Shown: one piece after another, positions 35,213 through 44,921 of the stretch | Layout of the letters: every line of letters begins with the position of its first letter | How positions within the stretch are numbered: position 1 is the first letter of the stretch | IMG/VR virus record: IMGVR_UViG_3300007276_000043 | Coordinates: 1-64,000 of that record | Length of the DNA: 64,000 nucleotides | Reading direction: 5' to 3' (one strand) | Origin: a virus | Program-made: the position numbers and the translations under genes | The notes under the pieces: generated by a model | What the model saw: the letters and a program-made list of their open reading frames with translations, nothing else | What the model was told of the DNA's origin: nothing | Databases searched by the model: none

Positions 35213-37124
35213 TTTCTGTGTTCTCCGATTTGTTTAAGCCTTCTAAAAGCTTCTTTATTTCTGTTGATGTTTTAAATAGTTTTTCTTCTTCTATTTTGTC
35301 CAATGATTTATTTTCTGTTATACCTCTGGCTAATGAGTCCAGCCCACCATAGCCAGTCTTACCTTTATAAATACTTCTGGTTGTGTTTCCAAACTCGCCT
35401 GTGGCTTGATTTTTCATATGTTTAGAAAAGCCGCCTTTGCGATATTTTAACTGATGTTTCTTATATGGACCTCTGGTTTTATCGTCGTCTCGTTTACCGG
35501 GGGCAGCGAGAAGAGTACCATCGTCTTCAGCAGCAGCGGGTTCTTCGGCAGCACCTTCGTCCCCGCCAAGATCAAGTTCATCACCGCCGCCAAGATCAAG
35601 TTCATCACCGCCAGTATCATCACCGCCGAGGTCAAGGTCTCCACCGCCGCCAGTGGCTTCGGGTGCTTGTCCAGCGGCTTCAAGTCCAGCCATAAACTTT
35701 CTATCATAGAACATTTCTCTTTGCATTCTAATGAATTCGTCTTCGGAGATACCAAACATATGTTCAGCGATCCATCGCATGGAAAAGAACCCTTCAGTAG
35801 CAGCACCGGCGACATCAAATTTGGTTTTCCAATGTTCAAGTTCTTGGAGTTCAGCGATCTTTGAAGGATTATTCAAAGCAAGGTCAAATGCTAAAAGATC
35901 GTCTCCTCTGAAGCCTAAAGTAAAAAGATGAATAATTCCAATTTTTTCCAATTCTGAAATAACAACTCTTTGTAATCTTTGAATTGTTCTGGCGAAACGA
36001 ATATCCTTTTGTGCTAAAGTTGTTTTATCCTCTGAGGATCCTTCGCCCATAACAAGATATGATTGGGGAACTTTAAGAGCAGCAAATAATTTTTCTCTTA
36101 AATACTTAACATCTTCTACGGTTCCTGTAAATTGACCACCGGGGAGGTTTTGTATTTCTGTTCCAGAAGCACCACCGCGAATAGGAATAAAGTAATCTTC
36201 TTCAATTGATAAGGGATTATAGCGAAGATCAACTCGACCAGTTTTTGGATCAACAACTTGATGTCGTTTCATTTGAGTCATAACTTTCTGCATATACTGT
36301 TCAACATCGTTTGGTGCGATATTTCCAACATCAATTTTAAACACTCGTCTTTCTGGGCTTCTTACAATTCTATATGCCATCATAGCATCTTCAAGAAGAG
36401 TTAATTGTCTCCAGATACGACGGGCAGGCTCAAGAACCGAAGTTCCATAAGGAGAATGCTTGTCGTTACCAAGAATGCGGAAATGAGCCATTTGCCAGTT
36501 TTCAAGAGTCATACCGGCACTATTCCATTGATATTGGACATAATTTGGGTTTGTCTCATCTTCTCCCTCTAATCTTTCAATTTCTTGGGGAGGTAGACCG
36601 ATTACGCTTCTGATTCCCATTTTGTCATCAATGTCCAAATATAAAAACAAATCCCCATACTTACACATTGTACGAGACCAACCAAAGAGATTGTGGTCAA
36701 TGTTTAAAACATTATGATACAAAGAGTGTAAAATAGACTTTATTTCTTCATTAGGGCACTTAATTCTTAACATGGGTTGTAAAGAAGAATGAGTGGTCAT
36801 TTCATCAGCATAAATATCAATAGCAGAAGCAATGATAGGTTCATATTCCATTTGGTCAAAATCGACATACCTCTCAGAACGACCCCTGTTGGAAATCATA
36901 TTAAGAGTGGTCACATTCATTGGGTTGTATTCTGACTTCTTAAATTGTTGTCCGGAAGCAGATTTAAACTTAGAAGAATAAATATCCAAATGTCTTCTTC
37001 TTAATTGGCGACCCGATTGTGTTCGTCTCTGTGTTAGTGGACCAGAGAGCAATCTTGTTAGTTGCTTAAATAATCCTGATTCGTCATTATATGGGTTTCT
37101 TGTATTCTTTCTTCTTGGGGCCAT
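35193..37124 (-). CDS. Portal protein (T4 gp20-like)
   Basis: PYGTSVLE.ARRIWRQLTLLEDAM..YRIVRSPERRVFKIDVGN, EEDYFIP.RG..GTEIQNLPGG, ALKVP, DIRFARTIQRLQ. Confidence 0.95.
   Translation of the reverse strand: MAPRRKNTRNPYNDESGLFKQLTRLLSGPLTQRRTQSGRQLRRRHLDIYSSKFKSASGQQFKKSEYNPMNVTTLNMISNRGRSERYVDFDQMEYEPIIASAIDIYADEMTTHSSLQPMLRIKCPNEEIKSILHSLYHNVLNIDHNLFGWSRTMCKYGDLFLYLDIDDKMGIRSVIGLPPQEIERLEGEDETNPNYVQYQWNSAGMTLENWQMAHFRILGNDKHSPYGTSVLEPARRIWRQLTLLEDAMMAYRIVRSPERRVFKIDVGNIAPNDVEQYMQKVMTQMKRHQVVDPKTGRVDLRYNPLSIEEDYFIPIRGGASGTEIQNLPGGQFTGTVEDVKYLREKLFAALKVPQSYLVMGEGSSEDKTTLAQKDIRFARTIQRLQRVVISELEKIGIIHLFTLGFRGDDLLAFDLALNNPSKIAELQELEHWKTKFDVAGAATEGFFSMRWIAEHMFGISEDEFIRMQREMFYDRKFMAGLEAAGQAPEATGGGGDLDLGGDDTGGDELDLGGGDELDLGGDEGAAEEPAAAEDDGTLLAAPGKRDDDKTRGPYKKHQLKYRKGGFSKHMKNQATGEFGNTTRSIYKGKTGYGGLDSLARGITENKSLDKIEEEKLFKTSTEIKKLLEGLNKSENTENESKTQ
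35563..35610 (+). repeat. 24-bp tandem repeat (2 exact copies) in the portal acidic tail
   Basis: ccgccaagatcaagttcatcaccg x2, encoding (G)GDELDLGG; a degenerate third copy lies nearby. Confidence 0.8.
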
Positions 37125-37129
37125 TTTAT

Positions 37130-38713
37130 TTATCCTTTAAAAATCCAAACAAAATCACTCATTTGTTGTTTTGCTTCTAATTGTTTTTCTTTGATGTCTG
37201 ATCCGTATCCATTCATTCCTTTAATTGAAGTGTTCATTGTGGTTTTGTTTAGATACATAGAATTTAACATTGCTTTTTTATATTCTGCTTCTCTTTGATT
37301 TACTTGTAGTGCGGTATCTCTAACCCAACATGCGATAGCCAAAGACATAACCAAGTCGTCATGATAAGATCGCATGGCTTGGGGTTTTCCATTTTTCCAA
37401 ATAAAGGTTTTAAACTCATGAAAAGTTCTTGACGAATAAAGATTTATCATTTTATTTCTTATAAACTCCTCAAGTTTTGCTACAATCAAAGGACGAGTCT
37501 TTGTAGAAGTTGTGAAACCCGCTACAGCAGTGTCCATTGCTTCGCCTTGAACAGACTCCACAAATTCATGTGTTGATTTGATTGAGTAATAAAGGTTGGG
37601 ATACCCAAGAGTAATTAGTTTTTCCAAGATCGATATACCAATTCCGTTGTTTTCAACAACTAAAAGGCAATTTCCGTATTCCGTACCTGCACTGAACAAC
37701 ATTTGAGAGTACATATCAAGAGTTGGTTTGCCTTGGTATTCTGCTACAATTTCCATTGTTTCTAATTTTAAAACATGAAATACAGAATTATCAGCACCGT
37801 CGCCTCTAGCAACATCAGCAACAAGCATATAGGAAAACCCTTCTTCAAATTTCTCCCAAATCCAAAAGTTTCTATCATACCCTGTTCTATATACTGGTTC
37901 TCTAATTGTTTCGTTTATCCAAGCAATATCATCAGGGTGGATTACTGTGTCGCCTGATGTATTAAAGTTGCATTCTAACTCTTGTGCTATTTGTCTCCGA
38001 GACATATTTTTTGTCTCTTTGTTGAACCACTCATGGTTTCTTTCGGGGTGAACATCCCATGGAAGACAAACCGGGTGGAAATCGTTCTCTTTATTGTCGG
38101 CATCAATATAGGTTTTATGAAACCAGTTTCCAACACCGTTTGGAGTTGAAAGAGCAATGCAGCGACCACCAGTTGATAGAGTAGGATACAAACCAGTCCA
38201 GAGTTCTTTTAACCCATCAACGTGAGCAGCCTCATCAATTACCAAAAGCGAAAGAGCTTCAGAACGACCGGCGTCGCCAGAAGTAGAAGCGGCTTTGATT
38301 TGTGATCCATTTGATAATTCAAATGATGTTCTGTTATCAATTGAAATTGTAGCCACTTGCATCCAAGGAGGCAGATTCTTCATTATAGCTTTTACTTTCT
38401 TTACCAAGTTGGCAGCAGTCGCAAATTTGGTTGCGATGACCAGAACATTTTTATCACGATGAAACAACATAAGCCACACACAATATGCGGCTGTAATAGT
38501 TGAAATGCCCAACTGTCGGGCTTTTAGTATAACTGTAAAGCGGAAATCATTGTAGTCGTTTAATAAATCATCTTGATACGGATAAGTTTTAAACGGAACG
38601 AGTCCTTTCAGTGGGTGTGAGATCCTACAAAAATTATTTGTAAAGTAAACTGGATCTTTCCCGCATTTAAGGATTTCTTTTACAATCTCCTTTTTTGAGA
38701 GTTTAAAAGACAT
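37130..38713 (-). CDS. Terminase large subunit (gp17-like)
   Basis: Walker A KARQLGIST, Walker B LLVIDEAAH, STPNG, nuclease DVARGDGADNS, VVENN, HDDLVMS. Confidence 0.95.
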   Translation of the reverse strand: MSFKLSKKEIVKEILKCGKDPVYFTNNFCRISHPLKGLVPFKTYPYQDDLLNDYNDFRFTVILKARQLGISTITAAYCVWLMLFHRDKNVLVIATKFATAANLVKKVKAIMKNLPPWMQVATISIDNRTSFELSNGSQIKAASTSGDAGRSEALSLLVIDEAAHVDGLKELWTGLYPTLSTGGRCIALSTPNGVGNWFHKTYIDADNKENDFHPVCLPWDVHPERNHEWFNKETKNMSRRQIAQELECNFNTSGDTVIHPDDIAWINETIREPVYRTGYDRNFWIWEKFEEGFSYMLVADVARGDGADNSVFHVLKLETMEIVAEYQGKPTLDMYSQMLFSAGTEYGNCLLVVENNGIGISILEKLITLGYPNLYYSIKSTHEFVESVQGEAMDTAVAGFTTSTKTRPLIVAKLEEFIRNKMINLYSSRTFHEFKTFIWKNGKPQAMRSYHDDLVMSLAIACWVRDTALQVNQREAEYKKAMLNSMYLNKTTMNTSIKGMNGYGSDIKEKQLEAKQQMSDFVWIFKG

Positions 38714-39255
38714 TATTTCCTAGTGTCGTTACTTGGCCTCTTTTTAGAACTAAGAGAAAGAAAATCTCTGATTGATTTATCTACTGTGTCCTCGGAAGGA
38801 GACAAGATTGGTTCTGAATCAACACCGGAGATTTTATACCATTGGTATGCCTGTACCCAAGAATGAACACGGGAAACAGATTGCACTAACACTTTCATTT
38901 CGTCTTCTTTCATAAGAGTGATTTTAACTGATTCGCCAGTAATGGCTTTATATTCTTTTTGCAAGAACTTTTTAATTTCATTAATTCGTCTCGCGATTTC
39001 ATCTTCAAACCCACCAGCATAAACTTCTTTGAGTTTAACTTCTGATTGATAATTGATGCACATCGCATCACCAGAAAATTTAACTTTAAATCCATCAATA
39101 ACTCTTGAATCAAGAATAGGATCGCCTTCTTCGCGATTAAGTCCCATTGATCGTGCTTTTCCATCGGCAGCATATCGCTCGTCGTGTGAGCCGTCATATG
39201 AATTGGCTGCTGCTTGAGCAAGACCTTGTACGATTTTTAGTGTGTTTGAACTCAT
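38713..39255 (-). CDS. Hypothetical protein (180 aa)
   Basis: Coupled to terminase by a TAATG overlap. Confidence 0.6.
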   Translation of the reverse strand: MSSNTLKIVQGLAQAAANSYDGSHDERYAADGKARSMGLNREEGDPILDSRVIDGFKVKFSGDAMCINYQSEVKLKEVYAGGFEDEIARRINEIKKFLQKEYKAITGESVKITLMKEDEMKVLVQSVSRVHSWVQAYQWYKISGVDSEPILSPSEDTVDKSIRDFLSLSSKKRPSNDTRK

Positions 39256-39362
39256 TTGCTTATTTCCTCTTCTGTGTTTTGCTCTTCAGAGGCATCTTGT
39301 GTTGTAAGTTTTTCAAGTTCTTCTTTAATAATTTGCTTGAGTTGTTCTTTAGTGAGTTTCAT
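39252..39362 (-). CDS. 36-aa microprotein MKLTKEQLKQIIKEELEKLTTQDASEEQNTEEEISK (not in ORF track)
   Basis: ATGA overlaps at both ends and fills the gap exactly; carries the MK(I/L)T..L..II.EE leader. Confidence 0.7.
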   Translation of the reverse strand: MKLTKEQLKQIIKEELEKLTTQDASEEQNTEEEISK

Positions 39363-39736
39363 TTTTTGGGTCTCCAACCTTTTTTCCATCTATCTTCCCG
39401 ACCTTCAATCCACTGTATGTAACACTTTTCGCAGCAATCAAACTTCGTCATATAGACATCATCGTTTGATTTAAAAGAGTATGTATTACAAACCGGACAA
39501 GATCGTTCGGATTCTTTATTAAGTAGTTTTTTGGGAATAAAAACCCCATTTACTTCTTCTCGATCAAAATCTTCTTTGTCTTCATAGTATTTGTGTGTTT
39601 CTTTTAGTTGAGCCAAATACTCTTTTTCTTTCTCATCTGTCCAATTGCTCTTCGGGTGTTGTATTGTTTCTTCACCATATTTCTTCGCAATTGCTTTCTC
39701 AACTTTTACTGTATAATTCGGATCTTTTTTGGTCAT
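39359..39736 (-). CDS. Small zinc-finger protein (CPVC...CCEKC)
   Basis: Cys motif near C-terminus; operon-coupled. Confidence 0.6.
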   Translation of the reverse strand: MTKKDPNYTVKVEKAIAKKYGEETIQHPKSNWTDEKEKEYLAQLKETHKYYEDKEDFDREEVNGVFIPKKLLNKESERSCPVCNTYSFKSNDDVYMTKFDCCEKCYIQWIEGREDRWKKGWRPKK

Positions 39737-40164
39737 TGAATCCCCGGTTTAATCGCATACATAATACCGATTGCTGCTCCTGCACCAACTGTGAAGCCAC
39801 CAATAGCCCACCAATGGGCATTTGAAGGGCGAACATACTTTTCTAAACTCTGGATATGCTGGTCTCGAATATTAATAATCTCTTGATATTTTTGATTGTC
39901 TGCTTCTGATTTGGCATAGAAAATATCGTATTTGTACTGTTCTTCGGCTCTTACTTGACCAATCTCAAAATCAACTCTCAGTTTGCACTCAAGGTTTTGA
40001 AATTGATTATCAACAATAATCTTGGATACAGCAGCATCGTTAAAAAGCCGCCCATCAAATGGTGCGACTTCGCCTTGTTTAATGTTACTAAATTTTGGTT
40101 TCTCGTCTTCGCCGTTTGCGGCAGAGGACCAAGTGAGCAAAGCTCCCATAAGTAGATACTTCAT
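39733..40164 (-). CDS. Exported/membrane protein: N-terminal signal, coiled coil, C-terminal TM
   Basis: MKYLLMGALLTWSSAANG...; C-terminal WWAIGGFTVGAGAAIGIMYAI; SD GGAG. Confidence 0.6.
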   Translation of the reverse strand: MKYLLMGALLTWSSAANGEDEKPKFSNIKQGEVAPFDGRLFNDAAVSKIIVDNQFQNLECKLRVDFEIGQVRAEEQYKYDIFYAKSEADNQKYQEIINIRDQHIQSLEKYVRPSNAHWWAIGGFTVGAGAAIGIMYAIKPGIQ

Positions 40165-40193
40165 GTTCTCTCCAAGATTAAAAGGATGAATGT

Positions 40194-40222
40194 ATTATAA
40201 CATATTTTTAATAACTTGTCAA
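40194..40222 (-). promoter_or_regulatory. Consensus sigma70 promoter TTGACA-17-TATAAT with extended -10 TG
   Basis: Minus strand TTGACA agttattaaaaatatgt TATAAT; -35 at 40222-40217, -10 at 40199-40194. Confidence 0.85.
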
Positions 40223-40223
40223 G

Positions 40224-40625
40224 TTATTTTTCTGGTGTCTCTGGTGTGCCTGTCTTATCAAGCATCTTGCTAATTCCCATTGCAGCAGCGGCGGCTGGTA
40301 CAGCTAAAAGACCAAGGTCTTTGAGAACACTAATGACCATCATAATATTCTCTGGTGTGATGTGTTCCATAGAAGGTGATTCGTTGAGTGGTACATCCAT
40401 CACATCGGAGAAAAGCATTTCAAGCATTCCTTCAACATCAGCACGGCTAAGATTATTAACTTCTACAAAGTTTTGAAACTCTCCAAATATTTCTTTTGGT
40501 GATAGTCGCTTGGGCATATCAAGTGCATTATATATTTCATCTTCACCACCCATATCGTGATAATCGCCTTCTGTTTGTACTTCTTCTTGAATAAGTTTTT
40601 TAAGTAATTTTGCTGTGAGTTTCAT
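40224..40625 (-). CDS. Protein with MKLTAKLLKKLIQEEV leader and C-terminal hydrophobic segment; start refined
   Basis: ATGA overlap at 40625; leader motif. Confidence 0.65.
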   Translation of the reverse strand: MKLTAKLLKKLIQEEVQTEGDYHDMGGEDEIYNALDMPKRLSPKEIFGEFQNFVEVNNLSRADVEGMLEMLFSDVMDVPLNESPSMEHITPENIMMVISVLKDLGLLAVPAAAAAMGISKMLDKTGTPETPEK

Positions 40626-40822
40626 TTTTTGCATCCTTTTGGTAAATGAGATCTTAAAGATTTTTTATATACTTCAATATCGGGTTGTGACCATCTTTTT
40701 TTGGGACAATAAGTTCTGTGATCTTCTTGGTCTTGAAGAAACAATTCTAATGCTCTCATATCTCTTTTGAGATTATCATCTCCACCGGTTAACATAGAAG
40801 CGATTAGAAGAGCCGCTTTCAT
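40622..40822 (-). CDS. Small hypothetical protein (66 aa)
   Basis: Overlap-coupled on both sides; hydrophobic N-terminus. Confidence 0.5.
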   Translation of the reverse strand: MKAALLIASMLTGGDDNLKRDMRALELFLQDQEDHRTYCPKKRWSQPDIEVYKKSLRSHLPKGCKK

Positions 40823-41103
40823 TGCTCTCTCCTCGTCACCATCGACTCGATCCGTCCCAGAGACCCCTTCATATATTCGATGTCTTTTTCCATTCCGATT
40901 ATTTGCTTTGAGTTGTCGTCGGAATTTAGAATTTTTTTTTCTAGGGACTCAATAACTTGTTCGGCGTCACCTAAATCATTTTTAAGTTCGGCAACCTTTA
41001 AATTGGTTGACCAAACCCAGCCAGCAAGTGGAAGAACCAATACTGACATAAGTAAGGAAAATAATTTCCAAATATCATCTTTTGTTATATTAGCCATGTT
41101 CAT
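40819..41103 (-). CDS. Single-TM coiled-coil membrane protein
   Basis: LFSLLMSVLVLPLAGWVW followed by heptads. Confidence 0.55.
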   Translation of the reverse strand: MNMANITKDDIWKLFSLLMSVLVLPLAGWVWSTNLKVAELKNDLGDAEQVIESLEKKILNSDDNSKQIIGMEKDIEYMKGSLGRIESMVTRREQ

Positions 41104-41503
41104 TAATCCCTAATTCATCTTCTAAAATTTTATCAATCTCTGAAGGGTTATTCTTTGCTTGTTTCAGTTTTTTTCTAACTTCAAATTCTTTCTCTATAAT
41201 AAGAGAATCAAACTCTCCCTTATATTTCTCACGAACAGTCTTCATTGCATTATCATATTTCTGCTTTGCTTGTTCGCGAAGTTTCTTTTCGGTCTCGTAT
41301 GCTTTTACAATAGCATCTTTCTCTTGCTTATAATGTTTAAGAGTAAGCTTGGCTTGGATGAGTTCCGCTCTATTTTGTCTCTTACCAAGAAGATAAACAA
41401 TAGCAAGAGCAGCAATCATCACAAGCCAACGCCAATGTTGCCGACACCAAACAGAAGCAATGTCCCACCATTTTTTAATCAACAACATAGACATAAAGCT
41501 CAC
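41090..41503 (-). CDS. N-terminal TM plus coiled-coil protein (i-spanin-like topology)
   Basis: WLVMIAALAIVYLLGK then a charged coiled coil. Confidence 0.5.
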   Translation of the reverse strand: MSFMSMLLIKKWWDIASVWCRQHWRWLVMIAALAIVYLLGKRQNRAELIQAKLTLKHYKQEKDAIVKAYETEKKLREQAKQKYDNAMKTVREKYKGEFDSLIIEKEFEVRKKLKQAKNNPSEIDKILEDELGINEHG

Positions 41504-41709
41504 TCTCCGTGTTTATAAACCTTCACAGTGTCGATGACCGATTGACCACCAACATAAACAATCGCAATCATGCCCCAGGTTTCTGGGTCAAGAAGCGAAT
41601 AGGCCATAAGACCGGTTGCTGTTGCGAATACAAGAAGTTTTCTTGAGATTGCTTTTTCAAGCAATTGATCAATTACACTTCCGGTTTTTTCTTTTAGTGC
41701 TTGTACCAT
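41500..41709 (-). CDS. Holin-like two-TM small protein
   Basis: SRKLLVFATATGLM...WGMIAIVYVGGQSVID; late motif and SD AGGAG upstream. Confidence 0.5.
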   Translation of the reverse strand: MVQALKEKTGSVIDQLLEKAISRKLLVFATATGLMAYSLLDPETWGMIAIVYVGGQSVIDTVKVYKHGE

Positions 41710-41745
41710 ATTTATCTCCTAATATGACACAATAAATAGTAAGTT

Positions 41746-44700
41746 CTATTTTAAAACAACATTAGCATATCCATCAATCTTATCTATATCAATGGTCATG
41801 TCTACAACATCTTTTAGTGATTCAAGGTGAGATACGAGCAATACAATCTTAAATTGTGTCTTTACCATCTCTAACAAACGAACAAATCCTTCCATGTGCT
41901 CGGCATCCAATGCTGTTGCTGGTTCATCAAGCACAAAAAGGTTTCCAACTGGTAAGTTAGTAATTGAAATCATACCAAGCCGTATAGCCATAGAAGCCAA
42001 TGTTTTCTCAGCACCAGAAGCCATAGAAAGAGGTCTTGGGTCATATGCTGGGTGTTTGATAAATATATCTAACTTGGAGTCTGTATTATCAAAAAAGACC
42101 TCGAAGTCAACAATATTAGCCAGAACTTTTCCTATTTCTTCATTAATAATTGGAAGACGATCTTTAATAATGTTGTATGAGATTCCATTAGCGTGCATAC
42201 ATCGCATAAACATTTCATAAGCAACCCACTTGTTTTCATAGCCCTTATACTCTTCAAGTTCTTTCTCGATGTTCTTTATGATTTGGGCGGTTGATCCCTG
42301 TTCAATAAGACATTCTTGCAACTGCTCATTACATTTAGTATGTACTTGTCGCAGTTGGGATATCTTTGTTTCAAGTGCTTTCTTTTCTCTCGTAAGTGTT
42401 CCAAGGTTCTCAATGGCTTCTCTGTTTTCTTCATATTCCGCTTCCTGATTTCTTAAACTTTCTATTTGATTCTTTAAAAGATTCAACTTGTCTTTATTAG
42501 ACGATAGTTCCATAGATTTTATTTCATTTTGATTCTGTAATTGATCAATATCTTGAGAAAACTTATTGTGTCTCTCAATATTAGAAGTAATCTCTTCTGG
42601 ATTTATAAAGTTTATTTTTTCTTGTATGTCTGAGACAAACTCTTGTAATTCCTCAATCATTTTGGTTGTGGGCATTATTTTAGTTGAAGCATCGTGAGCA
42701 TCTTTTACAAACTGATTGCTTACACAATACTTGCAATTAGGATCATACTGGTGTTCGTCAAGAAGTTTAACTTTTGATTTTAGATTTTCTAATATTTTTG
42801 TTTGTTGATTTAATTTTAATGTTATTATTGACTTTCGTTCTTTATGAGTTTTACAAGTTTCATTTAGAGAAACAAGTTGTTCATAATTCAAATCGTCAAG
42901 AACCATTTTATATTGTTCTACAAACTCTTCATTATTTAATATTTCTTTTTGAAGGTCGATGTTTTCATGTAAAATTCTCTTAACACCTTCTTCTTTAGAA
43001 ACAATATCGGCCTTAACTTTATCAATATCAATTATCTCCGCTGGTATTGAAGATATAATATCTTCTACTTCTTTTAATTTGCCGGTAAAAGATTCAACTG
43101 ATTTTGTTGTCTTCTGACATTCTTTTTTCTTATTCTCAATTGCTTCAACTATTTCTTCTAAAAGTTCTTGGTTTTTGGTTATATCTTCAAGATAATTCTT
43201 TGCTTCAAACTTCTTAATTAAAGTTTTAATATCAGCGGAGTCCTTTTTGGCTAATTTAAACTTCTGATCGAAGATATCCAAGTCAAGGAATTTAGCAATA
43301 ATCTCTTTCCTCTTCGTCGAACCTTCTTTGATAAACGACAGGGAGTCAAGCTGTGAGGCCATAGAGGTTAGTAGAAAGTCGTCAATCGTACCAAACTTCC
43401 TTCTGATATTAGCATCGGTCTCGTTGCGAGTGGTTCCGTTTAAACTCTCTTCAACTCCACCAATTTCTTTTGTAAAATCAAGATCAACCTTTGCTTCAAT
43501 TGTTTCCTTGCCTTTTAGTTTTCTTGTATACTTGTTCAAATTGCGAGCAATCTTGTATGTCGCATTATCTGATTCTATTTCAAGAAGAATTTTGGCATCT
43601 TGTTTGTTCTGGTTGATTATGTGGACATTTTTTCTTTCATTTTTAGAAGTTGTATTATACATTCCGTATAAAACACTATCAATAATAGAAGATTTACCGG
43701 AGTAGTTCTTACCAAAAATACCCACGATACCATTAAGTCGATCAAAGTTGATAGTGTTCTTTTCGCCATAGTTAAAAAGATTGTCCCAAGTCGCACTCTT
43801 AAGTTTCCAAATAACATTTCTTGTTATCTCCTCGTTTTCTTCAACGGTTTGATTATATTTTCTGTTTAATTCCAATACCTTATCCATGATTCCATCATCG
43901 AGTTCCATATCTTTAAGGTATTTTCTAATATATTTCTCTTGTACTGTGATATCTCGGAGGTTTTCTTTCTTTAAAGCATCGGAAAGGTTTGTCTTTTCGT
44001 TACCTTTGTAGCTCGTCTTGACACTAAATGAGACACTTATTGGTCGCCACTTAACCTTGGCAAAATCCATCGCTCTTTTCATTTTAATTGGAGGTATAAG
44101 ATTAGAACCAATTAAACGCAAGCGACAACCAATAGGAACATCAACTTTGGGCAATTGTCCTGTCTTAGTTAACACAACGTTAACAAACGGACGAGGGTTG
44201 TTAAGCTTATGAAATTTAACCTTAAAATCTGTTTTGTCGTTAATGTGCCACATTAAGTAGCCTTTATCAACATCCTCTCCAAAGTTCTGCTGAACAGTGG
44301 AGCCGCAATATGCTATTGTGCCTGTCTTATTAAGGAACTGCTTCTTATGTATATCTCCGAGCATAGCATAATCAAAATTCTTGAATATATCCGAATCATG
44401 CTCTCCAAACTCCATGGTATAGCCTAAATCGGTTTGACAATTTGAGATTGCTCCATGGTATAGGGCGACATTAATCTTGCTATCATCGGTGGGCTGTGTC
44501 CAATTTTCTTCGTCAAACACTGAAAGGACATTAAATACTATCTTATCATCGAGTGAAAATTCACCGGCATCTTTGAGAAAATGAAGATTAGGGTGCTTTA
44601 GTGCTGCGACGATTGGACCAATAGCATCTTCGCGATTAGCATTTTTAAGGTTACCATCGTGGTTACCTGCTATAATAATAGTGGGTGCTACATTCGCAAG

Positions 44701-44913
44701 GTTACTTAAAAACTCTGTTGCAAGAGAAAAATACTCTGGTGATAGTTGTGTCTTTGTGTGAGCCAAGTCGCCACAATGAACAATATAATCTGGTTGAGAT
44801 TCTTTCAACTGCTTATAAAGATCAGCAAAGGCTTCACGATATTCAAAATGGTATTTTAAATTACGGATATGAGTATCGGCTATATGAGCCAATTTAATTG
44901 TCTTGTTATTCAT
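41746..44913 (-). CDS. Fused SbcD(Mre11/gp47)-SbcC(Rad50/gp46) nuclease-ATPase
   Basis: Phosphoesterase ADTH, GDLAH, GNHD, GDIH; Walker A GKNYSGKSS; zinc hook CKYC; signature ASGAEK; Walker B VLDEP; SH. Confidence 0.9.
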   Translation of the reverse strand: MNNKTIKLAHIADTHIRNLKYHFEYREAFADLYKQLKESQPDYIVHCGDLAHTKTQLSPEYFSLATEFLSNLANVAPTIIIAGNHDGNLKNANREDAIGPIVAALKHPNLHFLKDAGEFSLDDKIVFNVLSVFDEENWTQPTDDSKINVALYHGAISNCQTDLGYTMEFGEHDSDIFKNFDYAMLGDIHKKQFLNKTGTIAYCGSTVQQNFGEDVDKGYLMWHINDKTDFKVKFHKLNNPRPFVNVVLTKTGQLPKVDVPIGCRLRLIGSNLIPPIKMKRAMDFAKVKWRPISVSFSVKTSYKGNEKTNLSDALKKENLRDITVQEKYIRKYLKDMELDDGIMDKVLELNRKYNQTVEENEEITRNVIWKLKSATWDNLFNYGEKNTINFDRLNGIVGIFGKNYSGKSSIIDSVLYGMYNTTSKNERKNVHIINQNKQDAKILLEIESDNATYKIARNLNKYTRKLKGKETIEAKVDLDFTKEIGGVEESLNGTTRNETDANIRRKFGTIDDFLLTSMASQLDSLSFIKEGSTKRKEIIAKFLDLDIFDQKFKLAKKDSADIKTLIKKFEAKNYLEDITKNQELLEEIVEAIENKKKECQKTTKSVESFTGKLKEVEDIISSIPAEIIDIDKVKADIVSKEEGVKRILHENIDLQKEILNNEEFVEQYKMVLDDLNYEQLVSLNETCKTHKERKSIITLKLNQQTKILENLKSKVKLLDEHQYDPNCKYCVSNQFVKDAHDASTKIMPTTKMIEELQEFVSDIQEKINFINPEEITSNIERHNKFSQDIDQLQNQNEIKSMELSSNKDKLNLLKNQIESLRNQEAEYEENREAIENLGTLTREKKALETKISQLRQVHTKCNEQLQECLIEQGSTAQIIKNIEKELEEYKGYENKWVAYEMFMRCMHANGISYNIIKDRLPIINEEIGKVLANIVDFEVFFDNTDSKLDIFIKHPAYDPRPLSMASGAEKTLASMAIRLGMISITNLPVGNLFVLDEPATALDAEHMEGFVRLLEMVKTQFKIVLLVSHLESLKDVVDMTIDIDKIDGYANVVLK

Positions 44914-44921
44914 TGAAGTTC

